Notes: a model not told the origin generated them from the letters alone. Positions 1-9,671 are shown, numbered from the stretch's first letter. The stretch: 64,000 nucleotides of DNA from Acidimicrobiia bacterium (GCA_965215185.1 OZ244034.1:2944001-3008000); one strand, 5' to 3'. Translations and numbers: made by a program.

Positions 1-227
1 GACGGGTTGAGATGATTCGTATTGTCAGAAGACAGGCCGAAGACGGCAAAGTTTCGGTTCGCAACATCCGACGCGGGGCAAAATCGGACTTGGACGCTCT
101 CAAGGGTCTATTCTCAGATGACGATCTGCGCCGCGCTGAACGGCGACTTCAGGACTTGACAGATCAGACCGTGAAACAGGTTGACGAGTTGCTAAAGCGC
201 AAGGAAGCCGAACTGCTGGAGGTATAA
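1..227 (+). CDS. frr: Ribosome recycling factor, C-terminal part (5' truncated by window edge)
   Basis: AEDGKVSVRNIRR...SDDDLRRAE...QDLTD...KEAELLEV* matches the RRF C-terminus; lies upstream of cdsA as usual. Confidence 0.93.
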   Translation, partial: RVEMIRIVRRQAEDGKVSVRNIRRGAKSDLDALKGLFSDDDLRRAERRLQDLTDQTVKQVDELLKRKEAELLEV

Positions 228-232
228 AGGGA

Positions 233-1372
233 ATGAAGCCACCTGATGTGACTTGGGTTCCCGAGTGGGAACCGGAGGAGGAATCCTCTCTCAGGTCGGT
301 GCGCCAATGGTCGGCAGAGGAATCGGAGTTGGAGGAATCCGAGTCGGAGGAATCCGAGTCGCTCCTCACCGATGAGAGCATTTTTTACAGCCGCACCTCC
401 CAGCATCAGGCTCTGGCTGAGGAAGTGATGGAGGCCGACGCCAAGGAACATCGTCAGCAGGCTGTGGCGGCCGCCATCCCGGGCGTCGAGTCGGGGATGC
501 TGGGTTTCGAAGATGTGACTGGTCGGACCGGGATGGCGACCGAAGAGGTGGAGGCGGCGGAGCAAGCCCATTCCTCGGATCTGGTAACTCGGACGATGAG
601 CGCCGTAGTGATGGTGGCGGTGGTAGTGCTGGCCCTTTACCTGGGAGGGGCATGGTTGACCGGTTTCTTGATAGTTGCCATGATGACGGCGTTGGTCGAG
701 TACTACATGGCGGTCCGTTCCTCTGGATACCGACCCATGGCTCTTTTGGGGTTGCTGGGTGTTCTGGGAGCTGGTTGGGGAGCGCATCTGTGGGGGTTGA
801 ACGCGGCCGGAGGGATTCTGGCGGCGGCAGTGGCTATGACTCTGCTCTTCTATGCGGCCGCGGCGCGGAGGTTGGCGGTCGAAAACTCCACGCTGACCGT
901 ATTGGGAATGATCTGGATCTCCTTGCTGTGCTATGGGGTGGTGATCGGCCGGGCCGAGGAGGGAGTGTTGCTATTGGTTTGGGTACTGCTCTTGAACTCA
1001 ATGTTTGACACGGCGGCCTATGTGGTGGGCCGGGCTTTCGGAACCCGACCACTGTCGCCCTCACTGTCGGCGAAGAAAACCGTGCAGGGCTTGGTGGGAG
1101 GGATAGTCGCCACATTTGCCTTGGCCGCCATCTTCTCGACCTTGCCTCTGTTGTCTTTTGTCACTCTCTATCCGGCTCTGTATTTAGCGGCGGTCGTCTC
1201 GCTGCTTGCCCCGATGGGAGACGCTGTGGAGTCAGCGATAAAGCGGTCTATGGATCTGAAGGACATGAGTACATTCATCCCCGGACACGGCGGCATTCTG
1301 GATCGGATAGATGGACTTTTGCTGGTATTGCCCGGCGCTTACTATCTGTTTTCTCAACTCGATTTCCTCTAG
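233..1372 (+). CDS. cdsA: Phosphatidate cytidylyltransferase with acidic N-terminal extension
   Basis: DTAAYVVG, SPSLSAKKTVQG, GDAVESAIKRSMDLKDMSTFIPGHGGILDRIDG signature; multiple TM helices. Confidence 0.93.
   Translation: MKPPDVTWVPEWEPEEESSLRSVRQWSAEESELEESESEESESLLTDESIFYSRTSQHQALAEEVMEADAKEHRQQAVAAAIPGVESGMLGFEDVTGRTGMATEEVEAAEQAHSSDLVTRTMSAVVMVAVVVLALYLGGAWLTGFLIVAMMTALVEYYMAVRSSGYRPMALLGLLGVLGAGWGAHLWGLNAAGGILAAAVAMTLLFYAAAARRLAVENSTLTVLGMIWISLLCYGVVIGRAEEGVLLLVWVLLLNSMFDTAAYVVGRAFGTRPLSPSLSAKKTVQGLVGGIVATFALAAIFSTLPLLSFVTLYPALYLAAVVSLLAPMGDAVESAIKRSMDLKDMSTFIPGHGGILDRIDGLLLVLPGAYYLFSQLDFL
317..361 (+). repeat. 3 x 15-bp in-frame tandem repeat (EESEL/EESES/EESES)
   Basis: gaggaatcggagttg gaggaatccgagtcg gaggaatccgagtcg read directly. 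Confidence 0.9.
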
Positions 1373-1425
1373 GTCTCATTGATCCTTTACATGGGTATGC
1401 TCGGCTTATCTAGTCGGCAGGTGTT

Positions 1426-2532
1426 TTGATGGTCGGTGCCTTGGTCGTGGTGTTAGGCATCGTGTTCTTTGTTACGGTGCACGAACTGGGACATTTCTTG
1501 GCAGCCCGCCTCACCGGGATGCAGGCCACCGAGATGTTTTTCGGTTTCGGGCCGAGGTTGTGGTCGGTGAAGAGAGGGGAGACCGAATACGGATTTCGTT
1601 TGCTTCCCCTAGGCGGCTTTGTGAAGATCGCCGGTATGGGCCCTTACAGCGACTACGAGACCGACCCCAAGCGTTCCTACTACCACAAGAAGTTCTGGCA
1701 GAAGACCACGGTTGCTATGAGCGGGGTGGCCATGAACTTCCTGATGGCCTTTGTAATCTTGGCCGGTGTGTTCTTGGTGGAGGGGGTTGCCGACTTCTCC
1801 AACCGGATTATGCAGGTGGTGGAGGAAATGGCGGAAGGCACACCTAGCCCGGCTCGAGAGGCGGGGATCGAAGTGGGAGATGTGATCCTGGCAGTGGACG
1901 GGATACCAGCCCATCGGTGGGAGGACACAGCAACTTTGTTGGGGGAGCGTCCCGGTCAGACAGTGGTGCTCAAGCTGGGCAGAGATGGCGACATTGTGAC
2001 CGTGGAGGCGACGTTGGCCACACTTACCGACCAAGACGGTGCGCCACGGGGTTTCTTGGGGATTGCTCCGTCAATCGAGGGTCGCCCTCTGGGGCTGGGA
2101 GAGGCGATGACCACCGCATCGAGTGAAATAGTGGAGGCAGTGGTACTTACTTTCGAGGCCATCGGAAGGCTGGTCAACCCATCCTCCCTGGCGGAACTGG
2201 CCGGCGGGATGTTCGGAGGGGAAGTCTCCGAGGACAACCGTCCGGTAAGCCCGATCGGGTTGGCCAACATCGGAGCTCAGATGGGTGAGCGGGGAGTGGC
2301 GGATGTGTTTCGATTGTTAGCATATTTGAATGTAGTGCTGGGTGTTTTCAACTTGGTGCCTGCCTATCCGCTGGACGGAGGCCACGTGGCGGTGGCTCTC
2401 TACGAGAAGGTCTTCCGGCGCCCCGCTCAGCCCAGGGTGCTTATCTCAATCGCCGCGGTAGTGACCGTTTTGGTGATTTTCCTGGGGGTGGCGGCCTTGG
2501 TGCTGGACGTCATCGATCCCATAAGACTGTGA
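1426..2532 (+). CDS. rseP: M50 family intramembrane zinc metalloprotease with PDZ domain (RseP/Rip1-like)
   Basis: HELGH, PLGGFVKIAGM, PDZ-like SPAREAGIEVGDVILAVDG, NLVPAYPLDGG. Confidence 0.9.
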   Translation: MMVGALVVVLGIVFFVTVHELGHFLAARLTGMQATEMFFGFGPRLWSVKRGETEYGFRLLPLGGFVKIAGMGPYSDYETDPKRSYYHKKFWQKTTVAMSGVAMNFLMAFVILAGVFLVEGVADFSNRIMQVVEEMAEGTPSPAREAGIEVGDVILAVDGIPAHRWEDTATLLGERPGQTVVLKLGRDGDIVTVEATLATLTDQDGAPRGFLGIAPSIEGRPLGLGEAMTTASSEIVEAVVLTFEAIGRLVNPSSLAELAGGMFGGEVSEDNRPVSPIGLANIGAQMGERGVADVFRLLAYLNVVLGVFNLVPAYPLDGGHVAVALYEKVFRRPAQPRVLISIAAVVTVLVIFLGVAALVLDVIDPIRL

Positions 2533-3764
2533 AAGACGCTCGGCTCTACTCCCATCCGAGGAGATCCACCCGTCCCATCGCGGTGGGATCGGTCAAAGTG
2601 GGAGGCGATGCACCAATCAGTGTGCAGTCAATGACTACCACCAAGACCCATGATGTTGATGGCACCTTGGCGCAGGTTTACGCCTTGGCCGGCGCCGGCG
2701 CTGATTTGGTGAGGATCACCTGCAACACGGTAGAGGCCGCGCAGGGCCTGGCAGAGATCGTACCCCGAAGCCCGGTTCCGATCATCGCCGATATCCACTT
2801 CCAGTATCGGTTGGCATTGGCCGCGCTGGAAAGCGGGGTTTGCGGGTTGCGGCTCAATCCCGGGAATATTCGCCGGCCCAGTCATATCAAGGAGGTGGCT
2901 CGCGCCGCCGCTGCGCGGAAGGTGCCGATTCGAGTGGGGGTAAACGCCGGTTCTCTGGACAAGGACATGCTGAGCCGCCACGGTGACGCTACCCCACAAG
3001 CGCTGGTGGATTCTGCGCTGTTGGAGATCCGTTATCTCGAGGAAGTCGATTTCCGGGATATCAAGATCTCTGTCAAGCATTCCCATGTTCCCACCATGGT
3101 CGAGTCTTACCGTCTTTTGGCCGAAGAGATCGACTATCCGCTCCACTTGGGAGTCACCGAGGCGGGACCCCCTCCGGGCGGCTTGATCAAGTCGGTGGCG
3201 GGCATTGCCACCCTGTTGATGGAGGGCATCGGTGACACCATCCGGTTCTCCCTCACCGCCGACCCGGTCATGGAAGCAGAATCGGGCCGCCGCCTTTTGG
3301 AATACCTGGGTCTTAGGGAACGCCGCAGCCTTGACCTGATCGCCTGCCCCTCCTGCGGACGGGCGGAAGTCGATGTGATCGAAGTTGCCCAGCTAGCTCA
3401 GAAAGCCTTGGAGGCGGAGAACCTTCCCATCCAGGTAGCCGTGATGGGATGTGTGGTGAACGGTCCGGGGGAGGCACGATCGGCTGACCTGGGGATAGCG
3501 GCTGGCCGGGGTCGAGGGCATTTGTTCATCCGCGGCAAGGTGGTGGCGGTGGTTCCCGAGTCGGAAATGGTGGAGGCTTTGGTGCTGGAAGCCCGTCGCC
3601 TGGTGGAGGAGGGTGTAGATGCGCGTCTGGCGGCTGCCGATACATCGGCGGCCGCACAGGCCGAGGCGGATCGGCTTCAGCTGCTCCAATTACGTCCCGA
3701 CGCCAACTCGGCTGAGAGTCGCCGGCAGAAGGTGGAACTGGTCGCGCGAGGCAAGCGACTGTAA
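2529..3764 (+). CDS. ispG: (E)-4-hydroxy-3-methylbut-2-enyl-diphosphate synthase
   Basis: VQSMTTTKT, ADIHF, RLNPGN, RVGVNAGSL, HLGVTEAG, CPSCGR, MGCVVNGPGEA. Confidence 0.97.
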   Translation: MKDARLYSHPRRSTRPIAVGSVKVGGDAPISVQSMTTTKTHDVDGTLAQVYALAGAGADLVRITCNTVEAAQGLAEIVPRSPVPIIADIHFQYRLALAALESGVCGLRLNPGNIRRPSHIKEVARAAAARKVPIRVGVNAGSLDKDMLSRHGDATPQALVDSALLEIRYLEEVDFRDIKISVKHSHVPTMVESYRLLAEEIDYPLHLGVTEAGPPPGGLIKSVAGIATLLMEGIGDTIRFSLTADPVMEAESGRRLLEYLGLRERRSLDLIACPSCGRAEVDVIEVAQLAQKALEAENLPIQVAVMGCVVNGPGEARSADLGIAAGRGRGHLFIRGKVVAVVPESEMVEALVLEARRLVEEGVDARLAAADTSAAAQAEADRLQLLQLRPDANSAESRRQKVELVARGKRL

Positions 3765-3796
3765 ACTTGCGGGCTGGCGACCGTCAGGAGTGAAAT

Positions 3797-4573
3797 TTGA
3801 GTTCGGGGATTTCTGGCAAGGTGGCGGTGGTTACCGGTGCAAGTCGGGGAATCGGTCTGGCAGTGGCTGCCGAACTTCTGGATCAGGGAGCCAGGGGTGT
3901 GACGATAACTTCCCGGCGCATCGAGAATCTTTCGGATGCGGTCTTCCGGTTGGCGGAAGCGGGCAGAGATACCGAGCGGGTGCTGGCCACCGTGGCCCGG
4001 GCCGACCATGATCAGCACGCTGACCGGGCAATCAGGGAGACAGTGGAGCGGTTCGGGAGTTGCGACATCCTGGTGAACAATGCCGCCACCAATCCGGGGG
4101 GAGGGGATCTCATGAGTGTTTCCCAGGAGGCGGTGGACAAGACTTGGGCTGTGAATCAGCGGGCTCCCCTGGTGTGGACCCGGCACGCTTGGTTTCAATG
4201 GATGCGGGATCACGGCGGGTGCGTGGTGAACGTCGCCTCGATAGGAGGGGTGCGCCCCACTCCCTTCCTGGGCGCTTACAACATCTCCAAGGCGGCTCTC
4301 ATTCACATGACTCACCAACTGGCCATGGAACTTGCCCCCCGGGTCCGGGTGAACGGGGTGGCTCCGGCGGTGATCAAGACCCGGCTATCGGCCTTGCTGT
4401 GGCAATCCGACCCGGAAGGTGCGGCCCGCCGCCACCCCATGCAAAGGCTGGGAGAGCCCGAGGATGTGGCACAGGCTGTGGCGTTTCTTTGCTCGGACCA
4501 GGCTTCATGGATCACAGGAGTGACACTGCCGGTTGACGGCGGCATGTTGGGCGCCTCGGCTGGGATGGGATAG
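3797..4573 (+). CDS. Short-chain dehydrogenase/reductase (DHRS4-like)
   Basis: TGASRGIG, NNAATNP, YNISK catalytic motif, ITGVTLPVDGG. Confidence 0.9.
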   Translation: MSSGISGKVAVVTGASRGIGLAVAAELLDQGARGVTITSRRIENLSDAVFRLAEAGRDTERVLATVARADHDQHADRAIRETVERFGSCDILVNNAATNPGGGDLMSVSQEAVDKTWAVNQRAPLVWTRHAWFQWMRDHGGCVVNVASIGGVRPTPFLGAYNISKAALIHMTHQLAMELAPRVRVNGVAPAVIKTRLSALLWQSDPEGAARRHPMQRLGEPEDVAQAVAFLCSDQASWITGVTLPVDGGMLGASAGMG

Positions 4574-5736
4574 TGGCCCATCCCCCATTCGACCGGGAGT
4601 TGGGTCTCGCCTACCTGGACGGGCGCCAATCTCCGGCTGCATTGTTCGCCGAAGCTTCCCGGCTTCGCGACGAGGGAAAAGGACGCATCGTCACCTACAG
4701 CCGCAAGGTTTTTATTCCCCTCACCACCCTGTGCCGTGATAGTTGCACTTATTGCACTTTCGCCCAGCCCCCCGGCGGCGGAGGCATGTTCATGCCTCCC
4801 GAGCAGGTGCTGGCGGTGGCGCAGGCCGGAGAGGCACACCATTGCACCGAGGCGCTGTTCACCTTGGGCGATCAGCCCGAGGAGCGGTGGCCGGCTGCCC
4901 GCCGGTTCCTCAACGAACAGGGATGCGAGACCACCCTGGAATACACCCAACGCATGACCGAGTTGGTGAACGCGCAGACGGCTCTCTTCCCCCACGCCAA
5001 CCCGGGGGTGATGACCTTTTCTCAGATGGAGGCTCTCCGGCCCTCCAATCCCTCCATGGGTTTGATGTTGGAGAATATTTCTCCGCGCCTCACCGAACCG
5101 GGCATGCCACACTACAACTGCCCCGACAAGATCCCCTCGGTGCGGGTGCAGGTGATAGAGGACGCCGGCCGGCTGAGAGTTCCGTTCACCACCGGCATCC
5201 TGGTGGGAATCGGGGAGAATTCCGAGGAAATAGTTGACTCCCTGACGGCCTTGGCCGCCATGGCCCAAGCCGGAGGCCATATCCAGGAGGTGATCATCCA
5301 GAACTTCCGAGCCAAATACAACACCCCCATGCGCCTCAACGCCGAGCCGACTCCGGCTTGGTTCATGCGGGTTGTGGCATTGGCCCGTTGGATTCTGGGC
5401 GCCGAAATGAACATCCAGGTGCCACCCAATCTCACCGAGAGCTATGAAATCTATCTTCAGGCCGGCATCAACGACTGGGGCGGGGTTTCTCCCCTCACCA
5501 TCGACTGGGTCAATCCCGAAGCGCCTTGGCCGCACTTGGAGGCGCTGCGTCGTCGCACTGAGGCGGCGGGTTTCAAATTGCTTCCCCGGCTGCCGGTCTA
5601 TCCTTCCTTTCTGTCCGACCACTGGATTGATGCTGCTGTTCTGCCTAAGGTGCTGGAGGCCTCCGACTCGCGGGGTTACGCTCGAGCGCCTCAGGTCGAG
5701 TTGCAGGACCGTCCGGTGAGTGTGGGTGTTTCGTGA
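4573..5736 (+). CDS. cofG: FO synthase subunit 1 (radical SAM)
   Basis: VTYSRKVFIPLTTLCRDSCTYCTF (CxxxCxxC), EVIIQNFRAK, GINDWGGVSPLTIDWVNPEAPWP. Confidence 0.95.
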   Translation: MAHPPFDRELGLAYLDGRQSPAALFAEASRLRDEGKGRIVTYSRKVFIPLTTLCRDSCTYCTFAQPPGGGGMFMPPEQVLAVAQAGEAHHCTEALFTLGDQPEERWPAARRFLNEQGCETTLEYTQRMTELVNAQTALFPHANPGVMTFSQMEALRPSNPSMGLMLENISPRLTEPGMPHYNCPDKIPSVRVQVIEDAGRLRVPFTTGILVGIGENSEEIVDSLTALAAMAQAGGHIQEVIIQNFRAKYNTPMRLNAEPTPAWFMRVVALARWILGAEMNIQVPPNLTESYEIYLQAGINDWGGVSPLTIDWVNPEAPWPHLEALRRRTEAAGFKLLPRLPVYPSFLSDHWIDAAVLPKVLEASDSRGYARAPQVELQDRPVSVGVS

Positions 5737-5765
5737 GCGGCATTCCGAGGAGGTAGCCTGGCAAA

Positions 5766-7640
5766 ATGATGGTTGATAACCCCCCCATGGTTACCTTTTT
5801 GCGCACCCGCCCGGCGGAGTCGGCCACCAGCGCGGTAGCCGAAGCACGTTGTCGGGAGGGGACAACCACCCTGGAGATGGATTTTCCGTCCATCGCCGAT
5901 CTGCGGGCCGCCCACAAAGCGGGAATGTTGATCGCCGCCCGGGAATCGGACCCATCGGAAGCGGCTCGGATTGTTGATCCCGCCGAGGCGGTGGCCCTGG
6001 CCAAATCGAAGACGCCCGGGTGGCTGGTCACGGTGCTCAACATCGGGGCTGGGGAGATGGTGCTGGATGGTCTGGCCCGAAGCCAAGCAGCCTTTCTGCG
6101 GACCGCCCGAAGCGAAGTGAAGGCCGCAGTGGCTTTGTGCCATCTACCCGGGGTGGAGGCGGTGGTATCGGTCTTTGTGGACACCGTGGACCAGGCGCTG
6201 GAGGCGGCATCCGAGGGGGCGGGAGATTTGTTGCTCAGGGACTGGGACGCCGAGCGGATCGGGGAACTGCGCCGGAGATTGGCGCCCCGTCCGCTGGTGG
6301 AGCGGACCGCGCTGCCGCCCGGCCTGGAAATTGACACTGTTCGCCAGACCCTTTCCAAGAGCGCATTCCGGGCATGGCTCCAGCAGATCGATGCTTCCGG
6401 TGCAGCCCGCCCCCGTTATGCGTGGGCGCCCGGTCGCGCCGAAGCGGCACCGGTGCTCTCCCACCGGTTCTCCGCGCAGTGGCCCGACTCCCTGTGGGTG
6501 GCGGGGGAGGGTCCGCCTGACTTGGAGGGGGCCGGGGAGCTTCGGCCTATCTTGGAACGCTCTCTCGCCGGATCGCCTCCCACCGTGTTGGAGACAGAGG
6601 CCCTGTTCGGGGCTAGGGGTGATCAGGTGGAGGCCGTGGCGTGGACGGCCGATCAACTCCGTCGGCGGACAGTCGGGGATTTGGTCACCTACGTGATCAA
6701 CAGGAACATCAACTACACCAACCTCTGCTATTTCCGGTGTGGCTTCTGCGCCTTTTCCAAGGGACCCCGAAGTCTCAACCTGCGGGGAGATCCCTACCTG
6801 ATGTCGATCGCTGACATAGTGCAAAGGGCCCGGGAGGCTTGGGACCGGGGGGCCACCGAGGTGACCCTCCAAGGGGGAATCCACCCTGAGTTCACCGGGG
6901 ACTTCTATGTGGCGGTAACTGAGGCCATCAAGGCGGAACTGCCCCGGATGCATATTCACGGCTTCACTCCTTTGGAGGTCTGGCAGGGTGCGGAGACCCT
7001 GGGAGTGCCCGTCAGGGACTTCCTGGTCCGTCTGAAGGAAGCCGGTCTGGGCACTTTGCCGGGCACCGCCGCCGAGATTCTGGACGATGATGTCCGGCGT
7101 TTCCTTTGTCCGGACAAGATATGTACCTCACAGTGGGCCCAAGTGATGCTGATCGCCCACGAGTTGGGGCTCAAGTCCACCGCCACCATCATGTTCGGAC
7201 ACATAGACCATCACCGCTCCTGGGCAAAGCATCTGGATGTGGTCCGGCAGATACAGAGACAAACCGGGGGGTTCACGGAGTTGGTGCCGCTTTCTTTCGT
7301 TCACATGGGTGCCCCTATTTGGCTGAACGGCAAGGCGCGTCCGGGGCCTACCTGGGACGAAGTAGTGCTGATCCATGCCGTGGGACGGATCGCCCTGGAC
7401 GGGCTGGTGCCCAATATTCAGGCGTCGTGGGTGAAACTGGGCCTGGACGGAGCCGGGCGTCTTCTGGAGGCGGGCTGCAACGACCTGGGTGGCACCCTGA
7501 TGGGAGAGATCATCACCCGCTCGGCCGGTGCCTCCCACGGACAGGAAGTGACTCCGGGCGACTTCGAGAGAACCATAACCGCTATGAACCGGCAGGTTGG
7601 TCGACGCGACACCGAATACCGTCTATTCCAATCCGCCTAG
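5766..7640 (+). CDS. cofH: FO synthase subunit 2 (radical SAM) with ~250-aa N-terminal extension
   Basis: VTYVINRNINYTNLCYFRCGFCAFSKG, LPGTAAEILDD, NIQASWVKLG, NDLGGTLMGE. Confidence 0.92.
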   Translation: MMVDNPPMVTFLRTRPAESATSAVAEARCREGTTTLEMDFPSIADLRAAHKAGMLIAARESDPSEAARIVDPAEAVALAKSKTPGWLVTVLNIGAGEMVLDGLARSQAAFLRTARSEVKAAVALCHLPGVEAVVSVFVDTVDQALEAASEGAGDLLLRDWDAERIGELRRRLAPRPLVERTALPPGLEIDTVRQTLSKSAFRAWLQQIDASGAARPRYAWAPGRAEAAPVLSHRFSAQWPDSLWVAGEGPPDLEGAGELRPILERSLAGSPPTVLETEALFGARGDQVEAVAWTADQLRRRTVGDLVTYVINRNINYTNLCYFRCGFCAFSKGPRSLNLRGDPYLMSIADIVQRAREAWDRGATEVTLQGGIHPEFTGDFYVAVTEAIKAELPRMHIHGFTPLEVWQGAETLGVPVRDFLVRLKEAGLGTLPGTAAEILDDDVRRFLCPDKICTSQWAQVMLIAHELGLKSTATIMFGHIDHHRSWAKHLDVVRQIQRQTGGFTELVPLSFVHMGAPIWLNGKARPGPTWDEVVLIHAVGRIALDGLVPNIQASWVKLGLDGAGRLLEAGCNDLGGTLMGEIITRSAGASHGQEVTPGDFERTITAMNRQVGRRDTEYRLFQSA

Positions 7641-7649
7641 TAGGAAACT

Positions 7650-8198
7650 ATGGCAACCTACTACGAATCCATCCCGAAGCATCTGGCGCCATGGATAGAG
7701 GCTCAGCCCATGTTCTTCGTGGCCACGGCCCCCTCGGGTGATGCCGGGCACATCAACCTTTCCCCCAAGGGACTGGATACTTTCCGGATCGTCGATTCGC
7801 AGACCGTTGCCTATCTCGACCTGGTGGGAAGCGGTGCGGAAACCATCGCTCATCTGCGTCAGAACCGAAGGATCGTGGTGATGTTCTGCGGTTTCGACCA
7901 GCCCCGGCGGATTCTGAGAATCTGGGGAGAGGGCGAGGCGCTCTATCCGGGGATGTCCGAGCATTCCAAGCGGGCGGAGAGCTTTCCCGAAATCCCCGGT
8001 TCCCGTTCCATCGTCAGGGTGGCTATCCAGAAGGTGGGAACCTCCTGCGGAGGCGGGGTGCCGTTTATGGAAGTGGTCGCCCAGCGGGACTATTTGCCCA
8101 ACTGGGCGGAAAAAAAGGGCCCTGATGCAATGTGGGAGTACCAGATGAAGAACAACGAGTGCAGTCTGGACGGTCTGCCCGCCATGGACTTTTCGTAG
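7650..8198 (+). CDS. Pyridoxamine 5'-phosphate oxidase family (split-barrel flavin/deazaflavin-binding) protein
   Basis: MFFVATAP, INLSPKG, YLDLVGSGAETIAHL, MFCGF..PRILRIWG, SCGGGVPFM. Confidence 0.85.
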   Translation: MATYYESIPKHLAPWIEAQPMFFVATAPSGDAGHINLSPKGLDTFRIVDSQTVAYLDLVGSGAETIAHLRQNRRIVVMFCGFDQPRRILRIWGEGEALYPGMSEHSKRAESFPEIPGSRSIVRVAIQKVGTSCGGGVPFMEVVAQRDYLPNWAEKKGPDAMWEYQMKNNECSLDGLPAMDFS

Positions 8199-8360
8199 CC
8201 TGGCCCCTCACTAACTTCAACTTCCAGATCCTTGTTTGACCCTCGGGTGAGGTGTCTCCCACTGGGATCAGATCCGCTGACTCTTGCGGACCGAGAAGCC
8301 AGTTGGATGGGATGTGCCGGTCGGGATCTCCTTGGGGTAACCAGCATGCAGGACGGTGGA

Positions 8361-9212
8361 TCAACCGACGTAGCGTATTGCGGTTTCTCCGAGTCGTTTG
8401 GCCATCACTGAGATGGCTTGTGGGTTGTTGTCGATCATCACGAAGCGACGTTTGAGTTGCTGCGCCACGGCGCCGGTGGTTCCCGACCCGGCGAAGAAGT
8501 CCAGCACTCGGTCTCCTTCCTGAGATGAAGCGGTGACGATTCTTCGCAGGATGCCTTCTGGCTTCTGGGTCGCATAGCCGGTTTTTTCTCTCCCATTGGT
8601 GGAGACGATGGTGTGCCACCACACATCGGTGGGGAGCTTTCCCCTTGCTGCCTTTTTCTTCGAGACCAGGCCCGGGGCCATGTACGGGATCCTTTCAATG
8701 GCGCCTTGATCGAAAAAATACCTATCCGGGTGCTTGACGTACACCAGGATGGTGTCATGCTTGGCCGGCCACCTTCTCTTGGACCGGCCTCCGAAATCGT
8801 ATGCCCAGATGATCTCGTTGGTGAAGCACTCCCGGCCAAAGATCTGGTCCAAAAGGACCTTGCAGTAGTGGGCTTCCCGATAGTCGATGTGGAAATAGAA
8901 GGTGCCGTCCTCGGTGAGTAGCCGATGAGCCTGTTCGAGGCGCGGTGTTATGAAATCAAGGTAATCGTCGAAGACATCCGCAAACGAGGTTGAGCCCAAG
9001 CGGACCGTGCGATAACGCTTGTCTTGAAACCCGAGCCGATCGCCATTTTCGTTGCGGACCGTTTTCAGGGTTTCCTTTCGTCTGAGCTTCCCACTGTTGA
9101 AGGGCGGATCAATGTAGATCAGGCGAAATGATTCGTCGGGTAGCCGAGGCAGGATATCTGCGTTGTCGGCGCAGATCACCCAATTGGCGTGGTTTTCCAG
9201 ATCAATGGCCAA
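8361..9212 (-). CDS. Orphan beta-class amino (N6A/N4C) DNA methyltransferase; start placed at TTG 9212 (ORF extends to 9407)
   Basis: IYIDPPF catalytic motif precedes YATQKP and VLDFFAGSGTT SAM-binding motif. Confidence 0.9.
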   Translation of the reverse strand: MAIDLENHANWVICADNADILPRLPDESFRLIYIDPPFNSGKLRRKETLKTVRNENGDRLGFQDKRYRTVRLGSTSFADVFDDYLDFITPRLEQAHRLLTEDGTFYFHIDYREAHYCKVLLDQIFGRECFTNEIIWAYDFGGRSKRRWPAKHDTILVYVKHPDRYFFDQGAIERIPYMAPGLVSKKKAARGKLPTDVWWHTIVSTNGREKTGYATQKPEGILRRIVTASSQEGDRVLDFFAGSGTTGAVAQQLKRRFVMIDNNPQAISVMAKRLGETAIRYVG

Positions 9213-9617
9213 GTCAGCAATAATGACCCGACAATAGGAGGGGTGAGTAACGCAACACAGCATCTGGGAGATGAGCATGTCCGCGGTTTTGGATGTGGTG
9301 AGTGAAAGCGTGGGGATAAGCGTCTGATTCGACCAAAGGCCCGCTGCCCTGACAGGCGTAAAGGCCGCGAAAAAAACACTAGGCCAGGTGATGGACTCTT
9401 GTCCCACGCCGTGTCATATTGGTATGTATCCAAACACCAAAGTGGTCCGATCCGACGTCGCTCGGACCGAGTCAGGGATCATACTCCTCGAAAAACCCCC
9501 AAAGCGGCTAGGTAGGTCGCGTCTTGACCAATGGAGAGGTGGTGGTGGGGGCGGGCCCTTCGGGAGTGGACTGGGCACCGGATGTTCACAGGTTAGGGCG
9601 GACAATCGCCAGGGCGG

Positions 9618-9671
9618 GTGCGCACAACTAGGCTTTTTAGGGCAATAGCCTCCGTTGGCGCACTTTGTTTT
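9618..9671 (+). terminator. Imperfect hairpin followed by T-tract just upstream of the deaminase start (candidate terminator/attenuator)
   Basis: GTGCGC/GCGCAC, CAAC/GTTG and AGGCT/AGCCT pairings, then tttgtttt. Confidence 0.35.
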
